DNA from: Fimbriiglobus sp. | Lineage (GTDB): Bacteria; Planctomycetota; Planctomycetia; Gemmatales; Gemmataceae | DNA: 64,000 nt | Assembly: GCA_043787415.1 (NCBI GenBank) | Contig: JAYVUZ010000240.1 | Span: forward strand, 1,028-65,027 | Direction of reading: 5' to 3' | Part shown: piece by piece, positions 8,789 through 17,939 of the stretch | Numbering within the stretch: the first letter of the stretch is position 1 | Layout of the letters: every line of letters starts with the position of its first letter | Program-made: the position numbers and the translations under genes | Notes under the pieces: generated by a model | Database searches by the model: none | What the model was told of the DNA's origin: nothing | The model's input: the letters and a program-made list of their open reading frames with translations, nothing else

Positions 8789-9337
8789 TCAGGATTGTAG
8801 TTCGGAGCTCAAAACTTTGGTTTTCTCTGCGCCCTCGGCGGTGAAAAATTCGGAGAACGGTTTCACCACCCGGCGGAAGGCGGCGGTCGGCAAATGGACG
8901 GTGCCCCAACGCGGGCTACGGACCCGCAGGTGCTGGCGGTAGTCGGCGACGGTCACGCCCCGCATCAGGTAGCGGTCGCCGCGGAAGGGGAACTGGTCGG
9001 GGGTGTCCGCCGGCAGTTCGACGGCCGCCGCGAGGTGGTAGACGAAGGCCAGCACGCCGCGGAAGTCGGGGCCGAGGTGGGTGGCCCAGCGGGCGAGGCC
9101 GTCCACGTCTTCTTGCGTGGACCAGTTGTGCCAGACGGCCCGTGGCGGGGCGAACTTGCGGCCCTTCACGTCCACCACCAGCCGGGCCGAGTCGGGGCCG
9201 ACCACGATGAAGTCGAGCGACTTCACGTCGGCGTCGCCGAGCAGCGTGCGGCGGGCCTCGTCCACGGCGATGAAGCCGACGCCGTTGGCCCGCAGGTAGG
9301 CCTCGAACGCTGCTTCGTAATGGTTGGAGCGGTCCAT
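8789..9337 (-). CDS. HYExAFE family protein (PD-(D/E)xK-like fold)
   Basis: ATG at 9337 lies 1 nt after the hisS stop. N-terminal NHYEAAFEAYL motif. LDFIVV ... VVDVKGRK resembles a restriction-endonuclease-like core. The longer ORF to 9505 lies antisense-free inside hisS and was rejected. Confidence 0.75.
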   Translation of the reverse strand: MDRSNHYEAAFEAYLRANGVGFIAVDEARRTLLGDADVKSLDFIVVGPDSARLVVDVKGRKFAPPRAVWHNWSTQEDVDGLARWATHLGPDFRGVLAFVYHLAAAVELPADTPDQFPFRGDRYLMRGVTVADYRQHLRVRSPRWGTVHLPTAAFRRVVKPFSEFFTAEGAEKTKVLSSELQS

Positions 9338-9338
9338 G

Positions 9339-10676
9339 TCAGGGCAGTCGCCGGCCGACTTCGGCGACGAGTTCGGCGGCCGGCACGGCGGCCTCGGTTC
9401 GGGTCGAGAGGTCGCGGATCTGCCATACACCGGCAGCGAAATCTTCCGCACTGGCCGACACGGCCAGTTTACAGCCACGCTTTTGGGCGTACTGGAACTG
9501 CACACCCTTGCCCTTCACGTCCGGGTAGACCTCGGTGCCGATGCCGGCCGCCCGTAGCTCGCGGGCCGCCCGCTGGCAGTCGGCCAGCCGGGCCGGGTCG
9601 AGTTGGGCGACCAGCACCGGGGCCGGCGACGCCCCGCCCTGTGTCCACGGGTGCTTCATCTCGTCCATCGCGGCCAACAGCCGGTCCACGCCGAGCGACG
9701 CTCCGACGCCGGGCAGCACCTGCTTGGTGTACAGCGAGGCGAGGTTGTCGTACCGGCCGCCGCTGCACACGCTGCCGTACTTGGCCCACTCGCCGGTGAG
9801 GAAGGTTTCGTAGATGGTGCCGGTGTAATAGTCCAGCCCGCGGGCGATGCTCAGGTCGAGTTTGATGTGAGGGTAAGATACGCCCAAAGCATTGCAGGCC
9901 GTGAACAGTTCGCGGAGGCGTCGAACGCCTTCGGCCACGAGTGGGTTACTGCCGAAAGCACCTTCTAAGCGTTCAAGCAAGTCGAGACTGGGGCCTACAG
10001 CCGTCACAAGGCCGAGCACCCGCGTCGTGTGAAACTCGGTTACGCCCGCTTCTCGAATCATCTCCTCGGCAACCTTGTCCTGTCCGATCTTGTCCAGCTT
10101 GTCCAGCGCACGCAGCAAGGGTACGGCCTTATCGGCGACTCCTAACCCATCCAACACTCCGTTGAGCAGCAATCGATTGTTGACCCGCAACTGAAAATCG
10201 GGCACCTCCAGCGCCCGGAACAGGTCGCAGATGACCAGTGCCACCTCGATGTCACTGGCGTTCGAGGTGGTGCCGATGGTGTCGAAGTCGCACTGCCAGA
10301 ACTCGCGGAACCGCCCCTGGGCCGGCCGCTCGCCCCGCCACACCGGCCCCATCGCGTACCGCTTGAACGGCGTCCCCGCCTCCGGCACGTGCCGGGCGGC
10401 GAACCGGGCGAACGGCACCGTCAGGTCGAACCGCAGACCCATCTCCGCCTCTTCGGCCTTCGCCCCGCGGACCCGGTACACCAGCCGGTCGGACTCCTCG
10501 CCGCCCTTGCCGAGCAGCACGTCCAGCTTCTCGGCCGCCGGGGTGTCGATGGGGGCGTAGCCGTAGGAGCGGTACACCGCCCGGGCGGCGTCCAGCACCC
10601 GCTCCTTGGCCAGCATCTGGGCCGGCGGGAAGTCGCGGAAGCCGCTCGGCGGCCGGGTTTCGATCAGCTTCGACAC
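9339..10676 (-). CDS. hisS: Histidine--tRNA ligase
   Basis: PSGFRDFPP, class II motif 2 region RFREFWQCDFD, motif 3 region. 445 aa. GTG start. Confidence 0.95.
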   Translation of the reverse strand: MSKLIETRPPSGFRDFPPAQMLAKERVLDAARAVYRSYGYAPIDTPAAEKLDVLLGKGGEESDRLVYRVRGAKAEEAEMGLRFDLTVPFARFAARHVPEAGTPFKRYAMGPVWRGERPAQGRFREFWQCDFDTIGTTSNASDIEVALVICDLFRALEVPDFQLRVNNRLLLNGVLDGLGVADKAVPLLRALDKLDKIGQDKVAEEMIREAGVTEFHTTRVLGLVTAVGPSLDLLERLEGAFGSNPLVAEGVRRLRELFTACNALGVSYPHIKLDLSIARGLDYYTGTIYETFLTGEWAKYGSVCSGGRYDNLASLYTKQVLPGVGASLGVDRLLAAMDEMKHPWTQGGASPAPVLVAQLDPARLADCQRAARELRAAGIGTEVYPDVKGKGVQFQYAQKRGCKLAVSASAEDFAAGVWQIRDLSTRTEAAVPAAELVAEVGRRLP

Positions 10677-10691
10677 GTCCGCTCCGGGGGG

Positions 10692-11867
10692 TTACTTGTT
10701 CCGCTTGTACCGCTCGCTCTGACGGTCGAGGAACCGCTGCTCCTCGGCCGTCAGCGACCCTTTGCCGCTGCGGGCGATCTTCTCCAGCAGTTGGTCCATC
10801 CGCTCGTCGTCGGCCTGCTGGGCCTCTAACTCCTTCTGGATGCGACGGGCGGTGCGGGCCTGCAACCACTTCCGCACCGGGCCGACCGATTTCGCCCGGG
10901 GCGGCGGAGACTCGTCCCGCTCCAGGCTGGTGTACCCCTGGCTGAAATCCCCGTACCCAGTGTCCTCGGCCTCGGACTGGGTCAGCCGGGTGTACGCCGA
11001 GAACATCATGAACAGGCCCAGCCCCATGAACAGCGTCTCGTTGAAGGTGATGCTGGCCACCACCACCAGCAGGCCGACCATCAGCCCGGACATGCCGGCC
11101 ACCCGGGCGGCGGTGTGGTAGTCCCGCCGTGCCCAGATGGCCGTCATCAGCAGTTGGCCGCCGTCCATCGGGTAGGCCGGCAGCAGGTTGAAGGCCAGCA
11201 GCACGCAGTTCAGCCAGAAGATGCGGTACACCCAGACCACGAAGCCGGTCGCCTGTGCCCGCTGGTATGGCGGGCTGGCGTCGGTCGCCTTGCCCAGTAT
11301 CTCGTTGACCGTGAAGGCGTCCCGCTTGTAAAAGGCGTCGGCCAGCCCGGGCGGCGGGTCTACCGGCCGGCTGGTACCCGGCTCGTACAGCTTCAGCCCG
11401 TACTCGCTGGTGTAGGTGCGGCCGTCCCGGGTACTCCGCATCGCGGCGGTGTACGGGTCGAGCGTGAACGGGTTGGGCATGAACCCGGCCAAGGCCAGCA
11501 GCCCGCCGCACAGCAGGGCCAGCACCAGGTTCACCATCGGTCCGCCGGCCACGGTGATGAAGTTGGCCCGGGCGGTGTGCGGCACGTCCACGAAGGCCAG
11601 CCCGCCGAGCGGCCAGATGAGGATCTCCTGCGGCTCCCCGCCGACCAGCCGGCCGGCCAGGCAGTGGCCGAGTTCGTGCAGCAGAACGATGCCGAACAGG
11701 AGGACGACGCTGAAGAGGAACACGTCCCCCCACCAGACGATGTTCCGCTCGCCCCCCACCTGGCGGAAGAACAGCCCGATGGTGACGACGAAGAACAGCC
11801 AGTGTACCTTGACCGGGATGCCGAACATCCGCGGCAGGCTCACCCCCCAGCTCAGCATGTCACGCAT
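10692..11867 (-). CDS. Site-2 protease family (M50) membrane metalloprotease
   Basis: HELGHCLAG (HExxH) and NLLPAYPMDGG second motif, with multiple TM segments. ATG at 11867 is preferred over TTG at 11897. Confidence 0.85.
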   Translation of the reverse strand: MRDMLSWGVSLPRMFGIPVKVHWLFFVVTIGLFFRQVGGERNIVWWGDVFLFSVVLLFGIVLLHELGHCLAGRLVGGEPQEILIWPLGGLAFVDVPHTARANFITVAGGPMVNLVLALLCGGLLALAGFMPNPFTLDPYTAAMRSTRDGRTYTSEYGLKLYEPGTSRPVDPPPGLADAFYKRDAFTVNEILGKATDASPPYQRAQATGFVVWVYRIFWLNCVLLAFNLLPAYPMDGGQLLMTAIWARRDYHTAARVAGMSGLMVGLLVVVASITFNETLFMGLGLFMMFSAYTRLTQSEAEDTGYGDFSQGYTSLERDESPPPRAKSVGPVRKWLQARTARRIQKELEAQQADDERMDQLLEKIARSGKGSLTAEEQRFLDRQSERYKRNK

Positions 11868-11963
11868 CGGCCGGCACCTTCGGGAAACGGACGACAACCG
11901 GCGGGGAGGTCGCTAGCATCGTACCGTCGGCGTGCGACCGCCGCAACCGCCCGGAGCCGTCTC

Positions 11964-12488
11964 GTGAGCCGCACCCTCGTCCACACCGGCCGCAGGATCC
12001 GCGTCTACGTCGACGTGACCGTGGCGCCGGACGGCACCGAGGTGCGGCGGGACGTGGTGAAACACCCGGGGGCGGTTGTCGTTCTGCCGGTGCACGCCGA
12101 CGGCCGGGTGGTGCTGCTGCGGAACCGGCGGTGGGTGGTCGAGGACACGCTGTGGGAGTTGCCGGCGGGGACACTCGAACCCGGCGAGCCGCTGGAGGAC
12201 GCCGCCCGGCGGGAGCTACAGGAGGAAACTGGGTACACGGCCGAGCGGTGGCGGTCGCTCGGATTCCTGTACGCCTCGCCGGGGGTGTTGGATGAAAAGC
12301 TGCACCTGTTCGTCGCCGAGGGGCTGACCGCCGGGCCGCAGATGCTCGAAGCCGACGAGGAGATGACCCATCACACACTGGACCTGGGCGAGGCGGTGGC
12401 CATGTGCCTGCGGGGCGAGATTCGAGACGCGAAGACCATCACCACGCTGCTGCTGTGGGAGCGGTTGGTTCGGTGCCCGAAGCGCTAG
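11964..12488 (+). CDS. NUDIX hydrolase (ADP-ribose pyrophosphatase-like)
   Basis: Nudix box GTLEPGEPLEDAARRELQEETG. GTG at 11964 is preceded by GGAG. The upstream part of the 457-aa ORF is antisense to the S2P gene. Confidence 0.85.
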   Translation: MSRTLVHTGRRIRVYVDVTVAPDGTEVRRDVVKHPGAVVVLPVHADGRVVLLRNRRWVVEDTLWELPAGTLEPGEPLEDAARRELQEETGYTAERWRSLGFLYASPGVLDEKLHLFVAEGLTAGPQMLEADEEMTHHTLDLGEAVAMCLRGEIRDAKTITTLLLWERLVRCPKR

Positions 12489-12528
12489 CGAGGGGAAAGA
12501 ACCTCGCTAGCGCTTCGGGCACCGAACC
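12467..12528. repeat. 27-bp-arm perfect palindrome at convergent gene ends (family member A)
   Basis: ggttcggtgcccgaagcgctagcgagg - ggaaagaa - cctcgctagcgcttcgggcaccgaacc. The left arm encodes the NUDIX C-terminus plus its stop. The right arm ends 1 nt before the glgC stop. Confidence 0.75.
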
Positions 12529-12529
12529 G

Positions 12530-13792
12530 TTATGGCAATCGGTTCGGGGCCTGGAACGTCTCGGCCGGCTCGCCTTTCGGCACCACCACCACACCGCCCT
12601 CGGTGACGGTGAACCCCCGCCGCCGGTCGAACTCTGTGTCGTACCCGATGACCGTGTACGCCGGCAGCTTGACGTCCTTATCGAGGATGGCCCGCCGCAC
12701 CCGGCAGTACCGCCCCACCTCGGCCCCGTCCAGCAGGATGCTGTCCTCGACCACGGCGTAGCTGTTCACCCGCACGTTGGGCGACAGCACGCTCCGCCGG
12801 ACGCTGCCGCCGGACACGATGCACCCGACCGACACGATGCTGTCTAGCGCCTCCCCGCGGCGGATGTCGCCCGGCCGGCCCTCCCCGGCGTGGACGAACT
12901 TCGGCGGCGGCGACTGCGGCACCCACGTCCGGATCGGCCAGCCGGCGTCGTACAGGTTCAGCTCCGGCTCGGCGGCCACCAGGTCGAGCGTCGCCTGGTA
13001 GTAGGCGTCCAGGGTGCCCACGTCCCGCCAGTACGGCCGGGCCTTGGCGTTGCGGTCCCGGAAGCGGTGGGCGAACACCTGGTAGTCGTTGGCCAGCATG
13101 TGCGGGATCACGTCCTTGCCGAAGTCGTGCCCGCTGTCGGCCTTGGCCGCGTCCTCGCACAGCAGCTCGAATAGGGTCCGGGTGTTGAACACGTAGATGC
13201 CCATCGACCCGAGGCAGCGGCCGGGGTCATCGGGCAGGGCGGGGGCCGTCTTCGGCTTCTCCAGGAAGCCCACCACCCGGTCGTCGGCGGCCACCGTCAT
13301 CACCCCGAACTGGTCGCTCTCGGCCACCAGGACGGGGATGCAGCCGATGGTCAGGTCGGCCCCGGCCGCCCGGTGCTGCCGGACCATCTCGGCGTAGTCC
13401 ATCTTGTAGATGTGGTCGCCGGCCAGCACCAGCAGGTGTTCGGGGTCGTCCTTCTCCAGCGTATAAATGTTCTGATAAATCGCATCGGCCGTGCCCTTGT
13501 ACCAGGTCTCGTCGATGCGTTGCTGGGGCGGCAGCACGTCGATGAACTCGCCGAGTTCGGGGCTGAGGAAGTTCCAGCCGAGGCGGATGTGCCGCTCCAG
13601 GGACCGGCTTTTGAACTGGGTGAGGACGTACACCTGCCGCAGCCCGCTGTTGATGGCGTTCGACAGGGTGAAGTCCACGATGCGGTACGGCCCGGCGAAC
13701 GGCACCGCCGGCTTGGCCCGGTCGCGGGTGAGGGGTTCGAGCCGTGTGCCCTTGCCACCGGCCAGGATCAGCGTGAGGACCGACGGCGGCAT
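12530..13792 (-). CDS. glgC: Glucose-1-phosphate adenylyltransferase
   Basis: LAGGKGTRLEPLTRDRAKPAVPF and a left-handed beta-helix C-terminus. 420 aa. Confidence 0.95.
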   Translation of the reverse strand: MPPSVLTLILAGGKGTRLEPLTRDRAKPAVPFAGPYRIVDFTLSNAINSGLRQVYVLTQFKSRSLERHIRLGWNFLSPELGEFIDVLPPQQRIDETWYKGTADAIYQNIYTLEKDDPEHLLVLAGDHIYKMDYAEMVRQHRAAGADLTIGCIPVLVAESDQFGVMTVAADDRVVGFLEKPKTAPALPDDPGRCLGSMGIYVFNTRTLFELLCEDAAKADSGHDFGKDVIPHMLANDYQVFAHRFRDRNAKARPYWRDVGTLDAYYQATLDLVAAEPELNLYDAGWPIRTWVPQSPPPKFVHAGEGRPGDIRRGEALDSIVSVGCIVSGGSVRRSVLSPNVRVNSYAVVEDSILLDGAEVGRYCRVRRAILDKDVKLPAYTVIGYDTEFDRRRGFTVTEGGVVVVPKGEPAETFQAPNRLP

Positions 13793-13801
13793 GACGGGTT
13801 C

Positions 13802-14353
13802 CTAGCGAGCGGGGAGACGCCATCTTGCTTCATGGTAAACCGCCGCCAACGGGTCCGCCATCTGCCAGGCCGGGAAGTGGGCCACGGCCCGCACCCGCCC
13901 GTCATCTCCCAGAGCCGCCGCCTCGTCCGGGCGGTCGAGCAGCCGGCGGGCTTGAACCGCCAAGCCGGCGCGGTCGCCCGGGGGGAAGAAGCGGCCGGCG
14001 TCGCCGAGCGTCTGGCGTAACTCTGGGGTGTCGGCCGCCACCACCGGCCGGCCGGCCGCCATTGCCGCCAGGGCCAGCCGCCACCCACCGGCCCGGTGCG
14101 GCACCCACACCTGCACGGCTTGGTCGAACTGTGTTTGCGGGACGGCACCGAACACGAAGGGCGGGACTGGCGGGGCATCGTCCCACACGGCCTGCCGGGC
14201 GAACCGCATCAGCCGGCCCCGCTCCGGGCCATCGCCGGCCACCACCAGCGACAGCCCCGGGTCGGTGTACCGCAGGATGTCGAACGCCCACACCGCGGCG
14301 GCCACGTCGGCCCGGTGATCGAGCCGGCCGCCGGTGACGATCAGACGCGACAT
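13802..14353 (-). CDS. Glycosyltransferase family 4-like protein, C-terminal Rossmann half only (possible gene remnant)
   Basis: ATG at 14353. LSLVVAGDGPERGRL ... AAMAAGRPVVAADTPELRQTLGD matches the GT4 C-terminal domain. There is no room for an N-terminal domain, and the usual Glu residues of the E-x7-E region read A/A. Confidence 0.5.
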   Translation of the reverse strand: MSRLIVTGGRLDHRADVAAAVWAFDILRYTDPGLSLVVAGDGPERGRLMRFARQAVWDDAPPVPPFVFGAVPQTQFDQAVQVWVPHRAGGWRLALAAMAAGRPVVAADTPELRQTLGDAGRFFPPGDRAGLAVQARRLLDRPDEAAALGDDGRVRAVAHFPAWQMADPLAAVYHEARWRLPAR

Positions 14354-14368
14354 GGGGCGGCTCCCTGT

Positions 14369-14436
14369 TTGGTGGGACAGGCATCTCTGCCTGTCCGAGT
14401 GATGACCCGGACAGGCAGAGATGCCTGTCCCACCAA
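14369..14436. repeat. 29-bp-arm perfect palindrome with self-complementary arms
   Basis: ttggtgggacaggcatctctgcctgtccg - agtgatgacc - exact reverse complement. Each arm contains ggacaggca-tctc-tgcctgtcc. It lies between the hpt stop and the GT-half start. Confidence 0.75.
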
Positions 14437-14447
14437 GACCCTGTTTG

Positions 14448-14969
14448 TCAGTGCGGGTGGTCGCCGGGCAGCACCCCGATGAACGGCAGGTGCCGGTACT
14501 CGTCGTTGAAATCCAGCCCGTACCCGACCACGAACTCGTCCGGGATACTGAACCCCACGAAGTCCGGCTCGAACGGCACCGTCTGCCGGCCCACCTTGCG
14601 GAGCAGTACGCACGTCTTGACCGACGCCGCACCGCGGGCCGTCAGGTGTTCCACCAGCCGGGCGATGGTCGCCCCGGTGTCCAGGATGTCGTCCAGTAGC
14701 AGCAGGTGCCGGCCGGTCACGTCGGGCAGCAGGCCTTCGTTCACCACCAGCGCCCCGGCGGTGGTCGCGGTGCCGCGGTAGCTGGACGCCTGCACCAGCC
14801 CGATGCGGATCGGCACGTCCAGTTGGCGGATCAGGTCGGCGAGGAAGACCAGCGAGCCGGTGAGGACGCCGACGACCGTCACCGGGCCGTCGGCCAGGGC
14901 CGGCCGCATCTCGGCGGCCAGGGCGGTCACCCGCTCGCGGATGCGGTCGGCGGAGATAAGAACGTGCAT
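14448..14969 (-). CDS. hpt: Hypoxanthine phosphoribosyltransferase
   Basis: PRPP motif LLLLDDILDTGATI, then FVVGYGLDFNDEYRHLP. ATG at 14969 is preferred over TTG at 14981. Confidence 0.93.
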   Translation of the reverse strand: MHVLISADRIRERVTALAAEMRPALADGPVTVVGVLTGSLVFLADLIRQLDVPIRIGLVQASSYRGTATTAGALVVNEGLLPDVTGRHLLLLDDILDTGATIARLVEHLTARGAASVKTCVLLRKVGRQTVPFEPDFVGFSIPDEFVVGYGLDFNDEYRHLPFIGVLPGDHPH

Positions 14970-14977
14970 CGGCTCAT

Positions 14978-15721
14978 TCAACGGACGCCGGCCGCGGGAT
15001 CAAGCGGCACCCGGCCGCCGTAGGTCGCCCGCAGGGTGTCCGGGGTGAACGCCTCGGTCACCGGCCCGTCGGCCACCAGTGCCCCGTTCAGCAGCGCCAC
15101 CCGGTCGAAGTACTCGGCCACGGTGGCCAGGTCGTGGTGCACCGCCACCACGGTCTTGCCGGCGGCCCGCAGCCCGCGGAGGAGTTCGACGGCCGCCCGC
15201 TCGGTGACGGCGTCCACCCCCTGGAACGGCTCGTCCAGCAGGTACACTGCGGCGTCTTGCACCAGTGCCCGGGCCAGGAACGTCCGCTGCTGCTGGCCGC
15301 CGGACAGCTCGCCGATTTGACGGGCTGCGAAGTCACCCATGCCGACCTGATCCAACGCCGCCTCGACCCGCGCCCGCTCGGCCGCCCCGGGTCGGCGGAA
15401 CCAGCCGAGCCGGCCGTAAGTGCCCATCAGCACCACATCCCGCACCCGGGCCGGGAAGTCCCAATCGACGCTCCCCCGCTGCGGCACGTAAGCGATCGCC
15501 AGGCGGTCGGCGGCGAGTGGCTTGCCGTGAATGCGGACCTCGCCGGCAACCGGCCGCACCAGCCCGAGGATCGCCTTGAGCAAGGTCGATTTGCCCGCCC
15601 CGTTCGGCCCGACCACCCCGGTCAGGGTGCCGGCCGGGACGGCCAGCGACACGTCCCGCAGCACCGGGGCGGCCCGGTAGGCGACGGTCAGCCCCCGCAC
15701 CTCGACGGCCGGCGGGGTCAC
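14978..15721 (-). CDS. Metal (Zn/Mn-type) ABC transporter ATP-binding protein
   Basis: Walker [10 protein letters not shown], signature LSGGQQQR, Walker B YLLDEP. GTG at 15721 overlaps the upstream stop (GTGA). Confidence 0.9.
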   Translation of the reverse strand: MTPPAVEVRGLTVAYRAAPVLRDVSLAVPAGTLTGVVGPNGAGKSTLLKAILGLVRPVAGEVRIHGKPLAADRLAIAYVPQRGSVDWDFPARVRDVVLMGTYGRLGWFRRPGAAERARVEAALDQVGMGDFAARQIGELSGGQQQRTFLARALVQDAAVYLLDEPFQGVDAVTERAAVELLRGLRAAGKTVVAVHHDLATVAEYFDRVALLNGALVADGPVTEAFTPDTLRATYGGRVPLDPAAGVR

Positions 15722-16647
15722 TGGGTCAGCGCCCGGCAAATGGTGTCGATGTTGTGCCGGACCATGCCGACGTAGGTGCCCTGCGGCGTGCCCTCGGCCC
15801 CGAGCGAGTCGGAGAACAGGGCGTCCGGCCCGCCGATCAGCCGTACCGGCTTGCCGCTGCGGGCGGCGGCCGTGTCCAGGACTTTTTTCAGCCCCTTGTC
15901 CGGCACCGACGACTCGGCGAACACGGCCGGCACCCCGCGCTCGGCCAGAAACCCGGCCAGGTCGTCCACGTCCCGGGTGCCGATGCCGGCGTCAGTGCTG
16001 ACCCCTTGCAGCCCCCGCACTTCGAAGCGGTAGGCCCGGCCGAAGTACCCAAAGGCGTCGTGCGACGTGACCAGCACCCGCCGGCCGGCCGGCAGGGCGT
16101 CGGCCTTCGCCCGCACCTCCTCGTGCAGATCGAGCAGTGTCCGGCGGTAGCGGTCGGCGTTGGCCTGATAGTCGGCGGCGTGGGCCGGGTCGGCGGCGGA
16201 CAGCTCGGCCCGCACCACGTCCACGCAGCGCATCCACAGCGACACGTCGAACCACACGTGCGGGTCGTGGGCGCCGGCGTTGCCGTCGGCCGGCCGCAAC
16301 TCGGCCTCGGGAATGGTCGAGGCGACCGCCGCCGCCCGGCCGCCCGGCGGGTTGCGGGCCAGCAGGTCGGCCATCTTGCCCTCCAGGTGCAGCCCGTTGA
16401 ACAGCACCAGCCGGGCGGACTCCAGGGCCACCGAGTCGTTCGCCCCGGGCTGGTAAGTGTGCGGGTCGGTGCCCGGCGGCATCAGCACCGTAACAGCCAC
16501 ATGTGACCCGCCGATCTCCCGCACCGCGTCGCCGATCAGGCTGGTGGTGGCCGTGACGGATAGCTTGCCGTCGGTGGCCGGACCGGGCCGGGTGACCGGT
16601 AAGCAACCGGCGACGGCTGAGGCGAGGCAGACGAGGACGACACGCAC
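15718..16647 (-). CDS. Metal ABC transporter substrate-binding lipoprotein (ZnuA/TroA family)
   Basis: Lipobox [15 protein letters not shown] and DPHVWFD metal-site motifs typical of cluster A-I binding proteins. Confidence 0.9.
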   Translation of the reverse strand: MRVVLVCLASAVAGCLPVTRPGPATDGKLSVTATTSLIGDAVREIGGSHVAVTVLMPPGTDPHTYQPGANDSVALESARLVLFNGLHLEGKMADLLARNPPGGRAAAVASTIPEAELRPADGNAGAHDPHVWFDVSLWMRCVDVVRAELSAADPAHAADYQANADRYRRTLLDLHEEVRAKADALPAGRRVLVTSHDAFGYFGRAYRFEVRGLQGVSTDAGIGTRDVDDLAGFLAERGVPAVFAESSVPDKGLKKVLDTAAARSGKPVRLIGGPDALFSDSLGAEGTPQGTYVGMVRHNIDTICRALTQ

Positions 16648-16769
16648 AGCAGGCTCCGGGCATAGGTTCGCCTAACTCATCATGTTAGCCGGGGCGAAAA
16701 AAGCCACTGATGTCGGCCTGATTCTTTGCCGCAGCGACTCCGCGATTGTCCGGCGACGGCGGATTTTCT

Positions 16770-16799
16770 TTGACAGGAGATGACGTCGACGGCTATTTA
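16770..16799 (+). promoter_or_regulatory. Candidate sigma-70-type promoter upstream of the DUF1559 gene
   Basis: TTGACA (16770-16775), an 18-nt spacer, then TATTTA (16794-16799), in an AT-richer 230-bp intergenic region. Sequence pattern only. Confidence 0.3.
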
Positions 16800-16877
16800 T
16801 AGATATGAGCGGCGGCTCACGCACTCGTCGCGCGGCACTCTCCTCCACATTTGCCGCCGCTCACAGGGAGTCTCTCT

Positions 16878-17939
16878 ATGATCCTCGCCCGTCGGCAGGC
16901 GGAGCCACGCTTTGCCTTCACGCTCATCGAACTGTTGGTGGTGATCGCCATCATTGCGATTCTCATCGGGCTGTTACTGCCCGCGGTCCAGAAGGTGCGG
17001 GACGCCGCCGCCCGCGCCCAGTGCAGCAACAACCTCAAGCAGATCGCCCTGGCCCTGCACGGCCACCACGACTCCCTCGGCACCTTCCCGCCGGGTGGGA
17101 TGCAGACCGGGGCCAACGGGACCAACTGTTACACCAACTGGGCCGTCGAGATCCTGCCGTACCTGGAACAGGCCAGCCTGTACGCCCGGTACGACCAGAA
17201 GGTGCTGAACGAACACCCCAACAACCTGTTCGTCACCCAGCAGCGGGTGAAAACCTACGAGTGCCCGGCCGACACCCTGGCGGGCGTCCTAGATACCCCC
17301 GCGAGTGGGCCGAAGGCCGGCGGATCGGCCGGCGCCCGGGGCGATGACAAGTGGATGCACGGCAGCTACCGGGCGGTGTCCGGCCGGGCGTACAAGGGCA
17401 GCCAGACCTACCCCCGTGGGTTTTGGGACACCTACGAGACGGCCTACTGGGCGCCGGACGGCACCCTGCCGCTGCACAGCTACAAAGGGGTGTTACACGC
17501 CACCAACGGGGCTTACGGCGGCATCCCGGAGCAGGCGGGGGCGACCGGCATGGGCAGACCCGAGCGGATGACCTCCGTCACCGACGGCACGTCCAACACC
17601 CTGCTGGTGGGGGAGAACACGTTCTTCGACAACCCGACCCGGTCCACCTACTGGGCGTACAGCTACGCCTCGTACAACCAGTCGAGCATCTGGACCGAGA
17701 GCCGGACGCTCAACAACTCGTACTGGGGCTGTGCGCTGGCCGTCGGCGGGACGCCGCCGTTCGGCATTCTGGCCAACTCGGACCAGGTGTGTAAGCGGGC
17801 GTTCGGCAGCAACCACACGTCCGGGCAGAACTTCGGGCTGGCCGACGGGTCGGTCCGGTTCGTCACCAAAACGGTGGACACGACCATGCTGGCATTCATG
17901 GCCACCATGAGTGGCGGCGAGGTGGTGAGCGGCCAATGA
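16878..17939 (+). CDS. DUF1559 domain protein with prepilin-type N-terminal cleavage/methylation domain (H-X9-DG protein)
   Basis: [29 protein letters not shown]-terminus. C-terminal [12 protein letters not shown] motif. ATG at 16878 is preceded by GGGAG. Confidence 0.9.
   Translation: MILARRQAEPRFAFTLIELLVVIAIIAILIGLLLPAVQKVRDAAARAQCSNNLKQIALALHGHHDSLGTFPPGGMQTGANGTNCYTNWAVEILPYLEQASLYARYDQKVLNEHPNNLFVTQQRVKTYECPADTLAGVLDTPASGPKAGGSAGARGDDKWMHGSYRAVSGRAYKGSQTYPRGFWDTYETAYWAPDGTLPLHSYKGVLHATNGAYGGIPEQAGATGMGRPERMTSVTDGTSNTLLVGENTFFDNPTRSTYWAYSYASYNQSSIWTESRTLNNSYWGCALAVGGTPPFGILANSDQVCKRAFGSNHTSGQNFGLADGSVRFVTKTVDTTMLAFMATMSGGEVVSGQ

Noticed and set aside
11115-11963. Upstream 283 codons of the 457-aa ORF that ends as the NUDIX hydrolase.
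   Set aside because: This part is antisense to the S2P protease gene and Arg/Gly/Pro-rich. Nudix-family sequence begins only after GTG 11964, which has a GGAG upstream.
14363-14447. Possible MITE: CCCTGT(TTG) direct repeats flanking the 14369-14436 palindrome, as a target-site duplication.
   Set aside because: The right-hand copy is offset by 2 nt from the palindrome end. The left copy partly overlaps the arm. Six to nine nt of GC-rich repeat is weak evidence. No transposase or second copy is visible in the window.
13802-14632. 276-aa version of the glycosyltransferase ORF extending upstream through the palindrome into hpt.
   Set aside because: The upstream part reads through the 29-bp palindrome and overlaps hpt out of frame, with Arg-rich junk sequence. 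ATG at 14353 begins exactly where GT4-like sequence starts.
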